64,000 nucleotides of DNA, taken from positions 1,056,001 to 1,120,000 of the forward strand of contig CAVSAC010000012.1 of NCBI GenBank assembly GCA_963725865.1. The letters run 5' to 3'. The notes beneath the pieces were generated by a model. It made no database searches. It saw only the letters and a program-made list of their open reading frames with translations, and was not told the DNA's origin. The position numbers and the translations under genes were made by a program. Shown piece by piece: positions 48,004 through 59,027 of this stretch; the stretch's first letter is position 1, and the number at the start of each line of letters is the position of its first letter. The stretch is from Candidatus Eiseniibacteriota bacterium. Its GTDB lineage: Bacteria; Eisenbacteria; RBG-16-71-46.

Positions 48004-48860
48004 GATGGCCTCCGCGATCCGCCCAGCAGCCGGCGCGCGAGCCGGCGGCAGAGCGCCACGGTCATGTCGCGCCGGTACTCGGCCGAGGCGCGCACGTCGT
48101 CGATCGGCAGGATGTGTTCGAGCGCGAGCGCGCCGAGGCGCTCGCCGGTCGCGGCGGGGTCGGAGTCGGCGCGCACGCCGCGCAGCGGCGGCACGATCAC
48201 CGGCGTGATGGCGCACGAGCCCACGCCCACGCGCAGTGTCTCCGCCTGCGGGTCCCACGCGGCGGCCGCGTTCACCAGTGCGAGGTCGTGCCCCGCGATG
48301 CGCTTGATCTTGTCGAAACCGCTCCGCACTCCGGCGGCCGGCGGCGGCACCACGACCGCGGTCACCAGCTCGTCCGGCCTCAGCGCGGTCTTGCGCACGC
48401 CGAGGAAGAAGTCCGCGAGCTGCGCCTCGCGGCGGCCGTCCGGGCCCTCGATCCGCAGCCGCGCGTCGTGCACCAGCAGGCCGGGCGCGGTGTCCATGCA
48501 GGGCGAGGCATTGGTCAGGTTGCCCGCGATGGTCGCGCGGTGCCGGATCTGCAGCGAACCCACGTCGGCGGCGCCCTCGGCGAGGGCCGCGAACGTGGCG
48601 CGGATGCGCACGTCCTCGGCGACGCGCTGCATGATCACGCAGGCGCCCAGGACGAGCGTGCCGTCGGGCGTCCAGGCGATCTCGGACAGGCCGGGGATGT
48701 GCTTGATGTCGACGACCAGCTCGGGCCGCGCGGCGCCGGAGCGCAGCGCCACCATCAGGTCGGTCCCGCCGGCCAGCACGCAGGCGCGGCCATGCGCCCC
48801 GGCGAGCAGTGCGGTGGCGGCGCCGATGGTCGCCGGACGTTCGTATCGGAAGCTGCTCAT
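48000..48860 (-). CDS. Xanthine-dehydrogenase-family FAD-binding subunit
   Basis: AGGTDL, QIRHRATIAGN, ASP..D, PIDDVRASAEYR. Confidence 0.92.
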   Translation of the reverse strand: MSSFRYERPATIGAATALLAGAHGRACVLAGGTDLMVALRSGAARPELVVDIKHIPGLSEIAWTPDGTLVLGACVIMQRVAEDVRIRATFAALAEGAADVGSLQIRHRATIAGNLTNASPCMDTAPGLLVHDARLRIEGPDGRREAQLADFFLGVRKTALRPDELVTAVVVPPPAAGVRSGFDKIKRIAGHDLALVNAAAAWDPQAETLRVGVGSCAITPVIVPPLRGVRADSDPAATGERLGALALEHILPIDDVRASAEYRRDMTVALCRRLARRLLGGSRRPS

Positions 48861-48983
48861 GTCGTCACCTCTGCCGACGGACCACCGGCCCTGCGCCGGG
48901 AGGGACCGTCGCGCGAAAGCGGAGCTGCGGCCGCTCGCCCTGGAAGACGGAGGGGCCGGGCCCCATGGCCCGGCCCACACCGC

Positions 48984-49322
48984 TCATGCCGGCTTGAAGA
49001 CCAGGCCGGTGATGTCCTTGCCACCCGTCTCGCGCACTTTGCCGACCGTGGCGCGCACGCGGGTCCCGATCGCCGGGTCGTCGACCAGGATCCGGCCCGT
49101 GGCCCGGATCCCCATGTCGAGCTCGACGATCCCGAGCGTGATGGAGAGGTCCTCGTAGTCCAGCGGGAGCGCGAACACGCGCGTGAAGGTCAGCAGCGTG
49201 CCCTCGCCCTCCACCGGCACGGGGTCGAACTTCATGCCCTTGCACGACGGGCAGTAATAATGAGTCGGATAGGAGAGCTTGCCGCACTCGCGGCACTTCG
49301 CGGCGTCGACCGTGCGTGCCAT
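48984..49322 (-). CDS. DUF35 Zn-ribbon/OB-fold acyl-CoA-binding protein
   Basis: CRECG..SYP...YCPSC, GTLLTFT, GIVEL. Directly follows the thiolase-fold gene. Confidence 0.88.
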   Translation of the reverse strand: MARTVDAAKCRECGKLSYPTHYYCPSCKGMKFDPVPVEGEGTLLTFTRVFALPLDYEDLSITLGIVELDMGIRATGRILVDDPAIGTRVRATVGKVRETGGKDITGLVFKPA

Positions 49323-49323
49323 G

Positions 49324-50508
49324 TCACACCCCCCGCTTGAGCACGGTGGCGAGCACGTTGTTGCCGAAGCCACCGAAGTTCACCGCGAAACCGTGCTGGG
49401 GCTGCTTCGGCACCTGGTAGTCGCCGGCCTCGCCGCGCAGCTGGAGCGTCAGCTCCACGATCTGGGACACGCCGGTGTTGCCGACCGGGTGCCCGCGCGA
49501 CTTGAGCCCGCCGGACGGATTGATCGGGAGCTTGCCGCCGATCTTCGTGTCGCCGCGCTCGAGCGCCTTGTGGCCCTCGCCCTTCTTGAAGAACCCGGCC
49601 TCCTCGCTCTCGGCGATCTCGAGGATGGTGAACGCGTCGTGCAGCTCGGCGACGTGGATGTCCTGCGGGGTCAGGCCGGACTTCTGGAACGCCATCCTGG
49701 CCGCCAGCCGCACCGCGGTCAGCTCGGTGGGGTCGGGGCGCTCGTGCACCGCGTGGGTGTCGGTCGCCTGACCCATCCCCGCGATCAGCACCGGCGTCTT
49801 CTTGAACTCCTTCGCCATCGCCGCCGGCGCCAGCAGCACCGCGGACGAGCCGTCGCTGACCGGACAGCAGTCGAAGAACCGCAGCGGGTCGGCGATCCAC
49901 GGGTTGTTGTTGAGCGCGTCGGGGCCGGTGAGGATGCCCTCCATCGTGACCGGGATGCGCAAGTGCGCCTTCTTGTTCTTCGCCCCGTTCTCGTGGTTCT
50001 TGATCGCCACCATCGCCAGGTGCTCCGGTCGGATCCCGTACTTGCCCATGTACAGGCGCGCAAACATGCCGGCCAGCGAGGGCAGCGTGACGCCGTAGAC
50101 GTACTCGGCGTAGCGGTGCGAGAGGTACGAGACGAACTCGGTCGCCTCGAAGTTGTTCACCTCCTGCATGCGCTCGCCTCCGCACACCAGCACCAGGTCG
50201 GCGTGGCCCGACGCGACCGCGTGCATGCCGTGCTTGATCGCCGAGGCGCCCGAGGCCGGACCGTTCTCGATGGTCTCGGCGGCGGCGGGGTAGAGGTTCA
50301 TGCGGTCGACCAGGGCGCTTGCCAGCCCCGCCATCTTGTTGTTGCGGGTGGCGCCCATGTTGGCCACGTATACCGCGTCGAGCTTGCGGTCGCCGAGGCC
50401 GGCGTCCGTGAGTGCCTCGTGCGACGCCTCGCACATCATCTTGAGCAGGCTCCACTGCGCCCGCCCGAACTGCGTCGATCCCACTCCGACGATCGCGACG
50501 TCCCTCAT
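49324..50508 (-). CDS. SCP-x-type thiolase-fold protein lacking the nucleophilic Cys
   Basis: VAIVGVG, ENGPASG (in place of ENACASG), KNHEN, SDGSSA, ELHDAF, NPSGGLKSRGHPVG. Confidence 0.88.
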   Translation of the reverse strand: MRDVAIVGVGSTQFGRAQWSLLKMMCEASHEALTDAGLGDRKLDAVYVANMGATRNNKMAGLASALVDRMNLYPAAAETIENGPASGASAIKHGMHAVASGHADLVLVCGGERMQEVNNFEATEFVSYLSHRYAEYVYGVTLPSLAGMFARLYMGKYGIRPEHLAMVAIKNHENGAKNKKAHLRIPVTMEGILTGPDALNNNPWIADPLRFFDCCPVSDGSSAVLLAPAAMAKEFKKTPVLIAGMGQATDTHAVHERPDPTELTAVRLAARMAFQKSGLTPQDIHVAELHDAFTILEIAESEEAGFFKKGEGHKALERGDTKIGGKLPINPSGGLKSRGHPVGNTGVSQIVELTLQLRGEAGDYQVPKQPQHGFAVNFGGFGNNVLATVLKRGV

Positions 50509-51254
50509 ATCCGGGCCTCCAGCGTGTCGTCGATCTGGGTCAGCATGACGCGCAGGTCGGGCTCGCGGATCGGGTACGACGTCGCGAGCAGCTCCTTCGA
50601 GACCGGACGCGAGCCGGTCACCAGGCGCTCCTTGGCGCGGAAGTAGACATCTTTCTTCAGCACCCAGGACGGCGCGCCACCCAGCTCGTGCTGGATCTCG
50701 AACTTCCGGTCGAGTGGGTACTCGATCATCCAGCGGCGGTGCCCGATCGGGCTCTCGGCCACGATCCACACCTCGTCCTGGCCCAGGTACTCGATGTGGT
50801 GCTCCATCTTCGACGCGAACAGGTGGGAGCCCACGCGCAGGCCGCGCTTGAGCGTGAGCGTGTGGTAGCTGATCCCGTGCTTTTCGTCGAACATGCGGCC
50901 GTTGACGATGCCGGCGAGCACGCCGTCGATGACGCCGACCAGGCAGTACTCGTTGCGCACGCGGTAGGTCTTCCAGCCCAGCAGCTCGGCGAACAGGCGC
51001 GCCGAGACGATGTCGTAGAAGTCACGATTCAGCCAGCTCAGCGGCTGGATGATCTTGAGCATCGTGTCGACCTCGTCGATCGAGGCCTGGCGCACGACCA
51101 TGGTCTCGCCGCTGGCGAGCGTGATCGCCTTGGGCGGGTAGGGAGCCATCGGCAGCACCGGCGGCCGAAGGCTGGCTTCGAGTTCGTCGATCATCCGCAC
51201 GTCCTCCTCAGTGAGCATCTCGCCGGTATCCCAATCGACGAGCTTTCGGGGCAT
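50505..51254 (-). CDS. Uncharacterised protein with a probable GNAT fold
   Basis: Normal coding composition. LVGVIDGVLAG...KRGLRVGSHLF resembles GNAT motif A. Stop overlaps the thiolase ATG. Confidence 0.65.
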   Translation of the reverse strand: MPRKLVDWDTGEMLTEEDVRMIDELEASLRPPVLPMAPYPPKAITLASGETMVVRQASIDEVDTMLKIIQPLSWLNRDFYDIVSARLFAELLGWKTYRVRNEYCLVGVIDGVLAGIVNGRMFDEKHGISYHTLTLKRGLRVGSHLFASKMEHHIEYLGQDEVWIVAESPIGHRRWMIEYPLDRKFEIQHELGGAPSWVLKKDVYFRAKERLVTGSRPVSKELLATSYPIREPDLRVMLTQIDDTLEARI

Positions 51255-51263
51255 CGTGGCTCC

Positions 51264-51301
51264 AGAACAGAAGAACCCCACGCGGAGGCCGCGAGGGGTT
51301 C
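51264..51301 (-). terminator. Terminator-like hairpin immediately upstream of the operon's first RBS (possible attenuator)
   Basis: Minus strand GAACCCC-T-CGCGG-CCT-CCGCG-T-GGGGTTC, then TTCTGTTCT, GGAG and ATG. Confidence 0.55.
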
Positions 51302-51478
51302 AATGGGTGCTGCGGACCGGTGGGGCCGGATGAGGCGCTTGCCGGGTGCGACGGGGGTGCGCAAAGAGTAGCACCGCGGATGACGGGAAGCACTTCGCGG
51401 GCACGCCCTGGGACGCGTCCGATGTTCAGGTCTGGTGAATCCCGCGCGGCCGCGCGGCGGCGCCTCGCGGATCGAGCG

Positions 51479-52174
51479 CTAGACCTCGGCCGGCGCCTCG
51501 CGCTCGGCGAGCTCCGGGGCCAGCTCGGGCGTCGCACCGCGCGGTGCGGCGCCTTCCTGCTCGCGGAGCTGCTTGCCCCAGCGGCTGTGCCGCCGCGCGA
51601 TGCGCCGCGCGCTCGGCTCGGTGACGCGCTTGGGCAGGGGGTCGCGCAGCATCAGCGTCCCGAGCAGCGCGTCGGCGAGCGGGAACACGACGTTGAAGTT
51701 GCGCCCCATGTGCGCGTGGTGCAGGCGGTGGTGTCGCTCGAGGAAGCGGAACGGCGCGCTGCGCTCGATCCAGCCGATCGAGGGCTTGTGCATCAGGTAG
51801 TGGAATCCCTCGTATGCGAGGTAGTAGAGGAAGAACGTGACCCCGAACGCGACGACGAACGCGCCCGGGTGCAGCGCGCTGGCGTGCGCGCCGAGCGCCC
51901 ACCAGGCGGCCAGCCACGGCAGCACGTTGATGCCGATCAGGACCGGGCCGCCCCACCACTGGAAATGGAGGGCCTCCTCCTGTTCCTCCTCGGTCACGAG
52001 GAAGGTGTCGTCGTGCTTGCAGAGTTGATGGTGCACCAGCGTGTGGGCGGTGAACATCTGCGGCGGCAGCCACGGGCGGTGCAGCCAGTAGCGGTGGTAC
52101 ACCCATTCGAACAGGCTGGCCTGGAGCAGCGCGACGGGCAGGGCGGCGAGGACCGCGAGCAGGGCAGGGGGCAC
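51479..52174 (-). CDS. Fatty-acid hydroxylase/sterol-desaturase-superfamily membrane protein
   Basis: His boxes EWVYHRYWLH, HTLVHH, YEGFHYLMH, HHRLHH, and NFNV. Confidence 0.8.
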   Translation of the reverse strand: MPPALLAVLAALPVALLQASLFEWVYHRYWLHRPWLPPQMFTAHTLVHHQLCKHDDTFLVTEEEQEEALHFQWWGGPVLIGINVLPWLAAWWALGAHASALHPGAFVVAFGVTFFLYYLAYEGFHYLMHKPSIGWIERSAPFRFLERHHRLHHAHMGRNFNVVFPLADALLGTLMLRDPLPKRVTEPSARRIARRHSRWGKQLREQEGAAPRGATPELAPELAEREAPAEV

Positions 52175-52387
52175 GAGATGGGCTCCGGACGTCGGGGGCG
52201 CGCAGGACGTTCCGGCGGGGCGCGCGCGCTGCACGGACCTCCGGGCCGCGCGCGGAGGCACGCCTGGGGGCGAGGCGTCCGTGAATGCGGAACGGGGAAC
52301 GTAGCACACTCGTCGTCGCGCTCCGCCACGGAATCGGGCGGCCGCGGCGTCGCGCCGACCGGCGCGCCGCCCGGGCCGCGAGCGCCG

Positions 52388-54565
52388 TCAGCGCGTCCGC
52401 CGCCGCATGAGCTCCAGCGTCGCGGCCACCTTGGGATCGCCGGAGCGAATCGCGGACGGGATGGTCGCGAGGATCCGTCGCGCGCCGGCGGAGTCGCCGA
52501 GCGCGGCTCGGATCCACGCCAGGTGGGCGCGCACGAGGTTCACATCCAGACCGTTCGCCGCGGCCGCGGCGAGCCGCCGGGACGCCGAATCGAGCGATCC
52601 CGTCACGATCTCGAGCCGCACGAGCGGGACGAGCGCGGGCTCGAAGCCCGGCAGGATCCCCGCCGCGGCCGTCAGGAGCGTGCGGGCCTCGTCGCGATTC
52701 CCCTGCTGCTCGGCTTGCGCCGCCTGCTGTACCAGCAGGTCCGCGGCCTCGCGCAGCGGCAGCCCGGCGAGGTCGTACTGCGATCGCGCCTCGTCGAAGC
52801 GCCCGCTCCGCGCGAGGCGATCCGCATAGCGCACCCGCGTCGATGCGGCCTCGGGCGCCCATCGCACCGCGGACGCGAGGCAGTCGAGGGCCTGCCGCTC
52901 GTCGCCGACCAGCGCGTACGCGGTCGCCGCATTCTCGTACATCCCGGCGCGCGCGAGTCGCCCGGTCAGCGTGCGGGATCCGGGCATCTCGCGGGCGCGG
53001 TCGATCGCGATCGCCTGCGCGTACAATGTCAGCGCCCGTCGCGCCTCGCCCTGCGCCAGCCAGGCGTCCGCCATCGTGAGCGCGCTCGACCACCGGACGT
53101 GCACGGGGTCGGCGGGGATCAGCGGAGCGAAGACGATCGAAGCGGCGATCACCCCCAGCCCCGCGGTCACCCACACCTCGCGCCAGCGGCGGGCCCGCCA
53201 GGTGGCCATCGCGTTTTCGACGCCGATCCCGGACAGGATCGCCAGCGGCGGGATCAGGTGGATGCGGTAGCGGTCGACCACGAAGAACGCTGCGGTCCCG
53301 AGCGCGAGTGCCACGAGCCAGCCGCACGCCAGGCGCGCGACCGGCCCGCGGCGCCACGCGACCACGAAGCCGAGCAGTCCGAGCACGCCGAACGGCGCGA
53401 AGCCCCAGTCGAGGGGCCAGCCGAGCGGGCCCACCGCGTGGTCGTAGGCCGCGGTGTCGATGAGCTGCGACAGCTCGCGGTGATTGAACAGGAAGCCGAG
53501 CTTCCGAGCGAGCAGTTCGAGGACCCGCGCCGGGTGAGCCCGCAGGTGATCGAGCGTCGCCGCGAACCAGTACCGCGAGCTCGCGGCCGGCGAGAGGTGG
53601 AGCCCCAGCGCCTGAGCGAGGTAGTCGCGGCCGTCTCCCTGCGTGCCGCCGGCTCCATCGGGTTCGCGTTCCACCGGCGGGCCGTACGCGGTGGCGACCG
53701 GAACGTAGGTGCCGTTGGCGAGCGGGCCGTTCCCGACGTAGAAGTTGAACCCGCCACTGTATGTGATCGGCGTCCACGATCCGCCCACGCGCGACTGCAG
53801 GAACGCGGTCAGCACCAGGACCGCGACCGGGACGACGAGCGCGGCGCCGAGCGCCCGCAGGCGCCGCGCGCCGGACTGGCCCACCAGGTACGCGCCGTAC
53901 GGCACCAGCAGGAGCAGAAAGGTCGGTCGCCCCGCTCCCATCAGCCCGATCAGCGCGCCGATCCACAGCGGTCGGCTCGACCGTCCCCGCACGACGAGCC
54001 ACAGCGCGAGGCTGCCGAGGAACAGCAGCAGGCTCTCGCCGAGCACCAGCAGGTCGAACGCCACCGCCATCCCGTAGCCCGCGAGCGCCACCCCCACCAG
54101 CACTCCGGCGCGGGTGCTTGCGATCCGCCGCGTGGCGTCGGCGAGCAGCACGACGGCCGCGGCGCCGAGCACCGCCTGCGCCCCGAGGACGCTCGCGATC
54201 GAATCGCCGAGCAACGAGCGCATGACCGCGAGCCAGTAGGGGTAGAGCGGGGCGAGGAAGAACGGCTGGACGGGCAGCCACTGACCGGCCCGCAGCTGTC
54301 CCGCCCACCGCCAGTACACATCCGCGTCGGCGGTCAGCTCGGTGAGCAGCGGGCCGCCGGCCAATCGCGCGAGCGCGAGCGCGCGCCAGCCGAGCGCCAC
54401 GACGAAGAGCACGATCAGGAATCCGAGCCACCACGGTGGCCGCGTGGTCGCTGACTCCGCCGCGCCGGGGCGGCTCGCCGAGCGTCGCCGCGACTTCCGC
54501 GGCCCGGGCCGTCGCTCACCCGCGGCGTGCGACCCGCGGGGCCGCGCGTCCGCACCGCGGCTCAT
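52388..54565 (-). CDS. GT-C (ArnT/PMT-like) glycosyltransferase with C-terminal TPR repeats
   Basis: D..VY..WA, APLYPY, multiple TM helices, GFNFYVGNGP.ANG, FFV.DRYR, TPR-like helices. Confidence 0.8.
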   Translation of the reverse strand: MSRGADARPRGSHAAGERRPGPRKSRRRSASRPGAAESATTRPPWWLGFLIVLFVVALGWRALALARLAGGPLLTELTADADVYWRWAGQLRAGQWLPVQPFFLAPLYPYWLAVMRSLLGDSIASVLGAQAVLGAAAVVLLADATRRIASTRAGVLVGVALAGYGMAVAFDLLVLGESLLLFLGSLALWLVVRGRSSRPLWIGALIGLMGAGRPTFLLLLVPYGAYLVGQSGARRLRALGAALVVPVAVLVLTAFLQSRVGGSWTPITYSGGFNFYVGNGPLANGTYVPVATAYGPPVEREPDGAGGTQGDGRDYLAQALGLHLSPAASSRYWFAATLDHLRAHPARVLELLARKLGFLFNHRELSQLIDTAAYDHAVGPLGWPLDWGFAPFGVLGLLGFVVAWRRGPVARLACGWLVALALGTAAFFVVDRYRIHLIPPLAILSGIGVENAMATWRARRWREVWVTAGLGVIAASIVFAPLIPADPVHVRWSSALTMADAWLAQGEARRALTLYAQAIAIDRAREMPGSRTLTGRLARAGMYENAATAYALVGDERQALDCLASAVRWAPEAASTRVRYADRLARSGRFDEARSQYDLAGLPLREAADLLVQQAAQAEQQGNRDEARTLLTAAAGILPGFEPALVPLVRLEIVTGSLDSASRRLAAAAANGLDVNLVRAHLAWIRAALGDSAGARRILATIPSAIRSGDPKVAATLELMRRRTR

Positions 54566-55566
54566 CGGCGCGATCGGCGCTCGCCGGCCGGCGCCGGGGC
54601 CCGATGGGCGATGGCGCGCGACAGCACCGGGTAAGTGACCAGCGGGTTCCCGCCCTCCTGTTCCGGGTCGACCACGTCGTGGTTCAGGTGGAGCGCGGCG
54701 GGGAACTCGTAGGTCGAGACCGTGGCGCCGTGCGCGCGCCAGCGGCGCACCAGGGTGGCGGTGAGTCCGTTGTCGGCCGCGATGTCCCCGCCGACCGTCA
54801 CGACGTCGACGCTCCGGCAGGCGGCGCGCGTGCGCCCGGCGGCGTCGAGCACGGCGCCGCCCAGCAGCATCGTGGCTCCCACGCCACGGGTGGCGAACCG
54901 CGGATAGACGTGGCGCGGCCCCCCGAGGTGCTCGCGCGCGCGGTCATCCCACCAGACGAACGTGTTCGGCAGCAGCAGCGCCGTGCGCGTGAGCGCCGCG
55001 GTTCGCGGCTCTCCGGGCGCGCGCGCCCAGCCGAGCATCGGGGCGATCACCACCACGTGGTCGACGTCGCCGCGCTCCTGGGCCGCCCACGCGGCCATCA
55101 CCCCGCCGATCGAGAGGCCGGCGACCGTGACGCTGTCGCCGAGCCCGTCCGCGGCGTCGAGCACGCGGTCGGTGAAGCGCGCGAGCTCGCGCGCGTCGAG
55201 GCTCGCGAGCGCCTCGGTCATCCGGTCGGCGTAGCCGTGCCGGGGCAGCCGCGGGATCAGCACGTTGGCGCCCTGCGCGAAGGCGGCGCGCCCGAGCGAA
55301 TCGAACTGCGCCGGGCAGTTCGTGAGCCCGTGCAGCAACACCACGACGCGCGCCGTGCGTCCGCCGTGGGTGAGGAGGCGCGTGCCGCAGTCCCCCGCGA
55401 TCGCGTCGGTGTCGGTGGCGCGCAGCGAGTCGACGACGCGCAGCGCGTCGTCGTAGGAGCGGGCCGGGAGCGGGCGGGACGCGAGCTCGCGCGGCGCGAG
55501 CGGGCGCATCAGCATCGCGACGAGCACGGCGATCAGCAGCAGGGCCACCCCCAGGGCACGACGCAT
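54562..55566 (-). CDS. Alpha/beta hydrolase (esterase/lysophospholipase-like), membrane-anchored
   Basis: LLHGLTN, PRLPRHG, GLSIGG, terminal Asp and His candidates. Confidence 0.8.
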   Translation of the reverse strand: MRRALGVALLLIAVLVAMLMRPLAPRELASRPLPARSYDDALRVVDSLRATDTDAIAGDCGTRLLTHGGRTARVVVLLHGLTNCPAQFDSLGRAAFAQGANVLIPRLPRHGYADRMTEALASLDARELARFTDRVLDAADGLGDSVTVAGLSIGGVMAAWAAQERGDVDHVVVIAPMLGWARAPGEPRTAALTRTALLLPNTFVWWDDRAREHLGGPRHVYPRFATRGVGATMLLGGAVLDAAGRTRAACRSVDVVTVGGDIAADNGLTATLVRRWRAHGATVSTYEFPAALHLNHDVVDPEQEGGNPLVTYPVLSRAIAHRAPAPAGERRSRR

Positions 55567-55701
55567 GGAGCGACCCTACTCCACGGGAGCGGGCGCGGGC
55601 GACACCGGAATGCGCGCACAACTGGCGGGGTGCAGCCGCGCGGCGGCCGCGCTAGGATGCCCGCGGCCATTCCACCCCATCGTCCCCGGAGGAAGTCGTC
55701 C

Positions 55702-57765
<2,064 letters not shown>

Positions 57766-57847
57766 GAGCGATGCGCCCGCGGGGACGCGCGGCCGGCGGC
57801 TGAGGGGTACCGCGCCTGCGGCCGGCCGCGCGGGCGGCCCGCATGCA

Positions 57848-57883
57848 CGACGGCCCGCAGGAGTGGATCCCTGCGGGCCGTCG
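57848..57883. terminator. Hairpin between convergent genes
   Basis: CGACGGCCCGCAGG-N8-CCTGCGGGCCGTCG, perfect 14-bp stem. Confidence 0.55.
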
Positions 57884-57907
57884 CGATCGGCTGCGCGAGT
57901 TGCGCGA

Positions 57908-58780
57908 CTACGAGGTCATGATGACCAGGTGCTTGACCTTGCGGAAGGCGACCGGGTCGAGGATGTGCAGCTCGAGCTTGCCGCCCGCCGGGCGCAACTC
58001 GTAGCTCGCCGGCGGCTGCGCGCTGAGCACCTGCGCCTTCGGCGTCGGGATGTTGACCACGTCCTGATGGTCGGTGTCCAGCGCCGTGAACAGCGCCGCA
58101 TCGACGCGACCCGACGGCGTCAGGGTCTTGCCCATTCCCAGCACGCCGCCCTTCGCGGCGACGATGCCGGTGGTGGTGAGCTGCTTCTTGTCGGCGACCA
58201 CGTAGTACACGGTCGCGACCTCCTGGCGCTTCTCCTCGATCGTCTGCTGGTCGGCGCGGATGGTCTCCTGGTTCTGCGCGACCTCGGTCGACAGCCCCTG
58301 GACCTCGGTGTGGAGCGAATCCACCTGGACGGACAGCGAGGCGACCATCTGCTCCTTGTCGGCCACCGACTGCTTGAGCCCCGCGATCAACTTCTGCAGG
58401 CCCGCCACGCGGATGCCGCTCCGCTTGACGTCCGCTTCCAGCTTGGTGATGCGATCCTTGCTGCGCTGCACGCTCGCCTTGAGCGCGGCGATGCGGTCGA
58501 GCGCCTCGTGGCTGTCGGGCCCCGAGAGCCGGCGCTCGGCATCCAGCTCGCGCGCGACGACGTTGACCGCGGTGTCGCCCAGGGCGATCGCCCCGAGGCT
58601 GTCCTGGATCTGCGCGATGGCGTCGAATGTCTCGGCGTAGCGGGCGCGCACCGACTCCTCCGAGGCCTTGGTCTCGCGGAAGTCGGCGACGGTCTTCTGG
58701 TAGCGCTGGTAGAGCACGCCGGAGGCGCCGAGCAGCGCGGCGATGATGGCGACCAGGGCAATCACGAGAGGTTTGCGCAT
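57908..58780 (-). CDS. Membrane-anchored coiled-coil protein with a C-terminal globular domain
   Basis: N-terminal TM, long heptad region, then VYYVVA.KK.L...GI...GG.LG.GK and L.I.DP..F. Confidence 0.75.
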   Translation of the reverse strand: MRKPLVIALVAIIAALLGASGVLYQRYQKTVADFRETKASEESVRARYAETFDAIAQIQDSLGAIALGDTAVNVVARELDAERRLSGPDSHEALDRIAALKASVQRSKDRITKLEADVKRSGIRVAGLQKLIAGLKQSVADKEQMVASLSVQVDSLHTEVQGLSTEVAQNQETIRADQQTIEEKRQEVATVYYVVADKKQLTTTGIVAAKGGVLGMGKTLTPSGRVDAALFTALDTDHQDVVNIPTPKAQVLSAQPPASYELRPAGGKLELHILDPVAFRKVKHLVIMTS

Positions 58781-59027
58781 GAGTTGTCTCCTTGCTCGCG
58801 GCCGGTGAGGACCCAGTGTCGTGGACGAGGCGGCTCGATTCGCCGCTCGGGTTGGGGAGCGAGTGGGAGAGTAGGCATGGGAGCGACCGGACGGCAATAC
58901 TTCTCTCGGTGCGTCATGGTTCTGTCAGGCGCGGATTTCTCCAACTTTCTTCGCGGCGTCATCGCGCGATCGCGTCGCGCGCGATCCGACACGTGCCTGT
59001 CGTCGGCGCCATCGCAGCGTCCGCGGC

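Noticed and set aside
45139..48860. 4-hydroxybenzoyl-CoA reductase (hcrCAB), suggested by proximity to bcr
   Set aside because: The FAD subunit lacks the Cys-rich [4Fe-4S] insert typical of HcrB, and the operon context is FdrA/DUF1116.
43798..49158. 1786-aa plus-strand ORF and other long overlapping ORFs (e.g. 51320-54454, 3317-5566, 20657-23014, 60329-62869)
   Set aside because: Antisense or off-frame shadows of motif-bearing genes. They are Arg/Ala/Gly-rich, carry no motifs, and are expected at this GC content.
48984..50508. PhlABC acyltransferase or BbsAB benzoylsuccinyl-CoA thiolase
   Set aside because: The catalytic Cys is absent, and there is no phlA/phlD or other bbs/bss gene.
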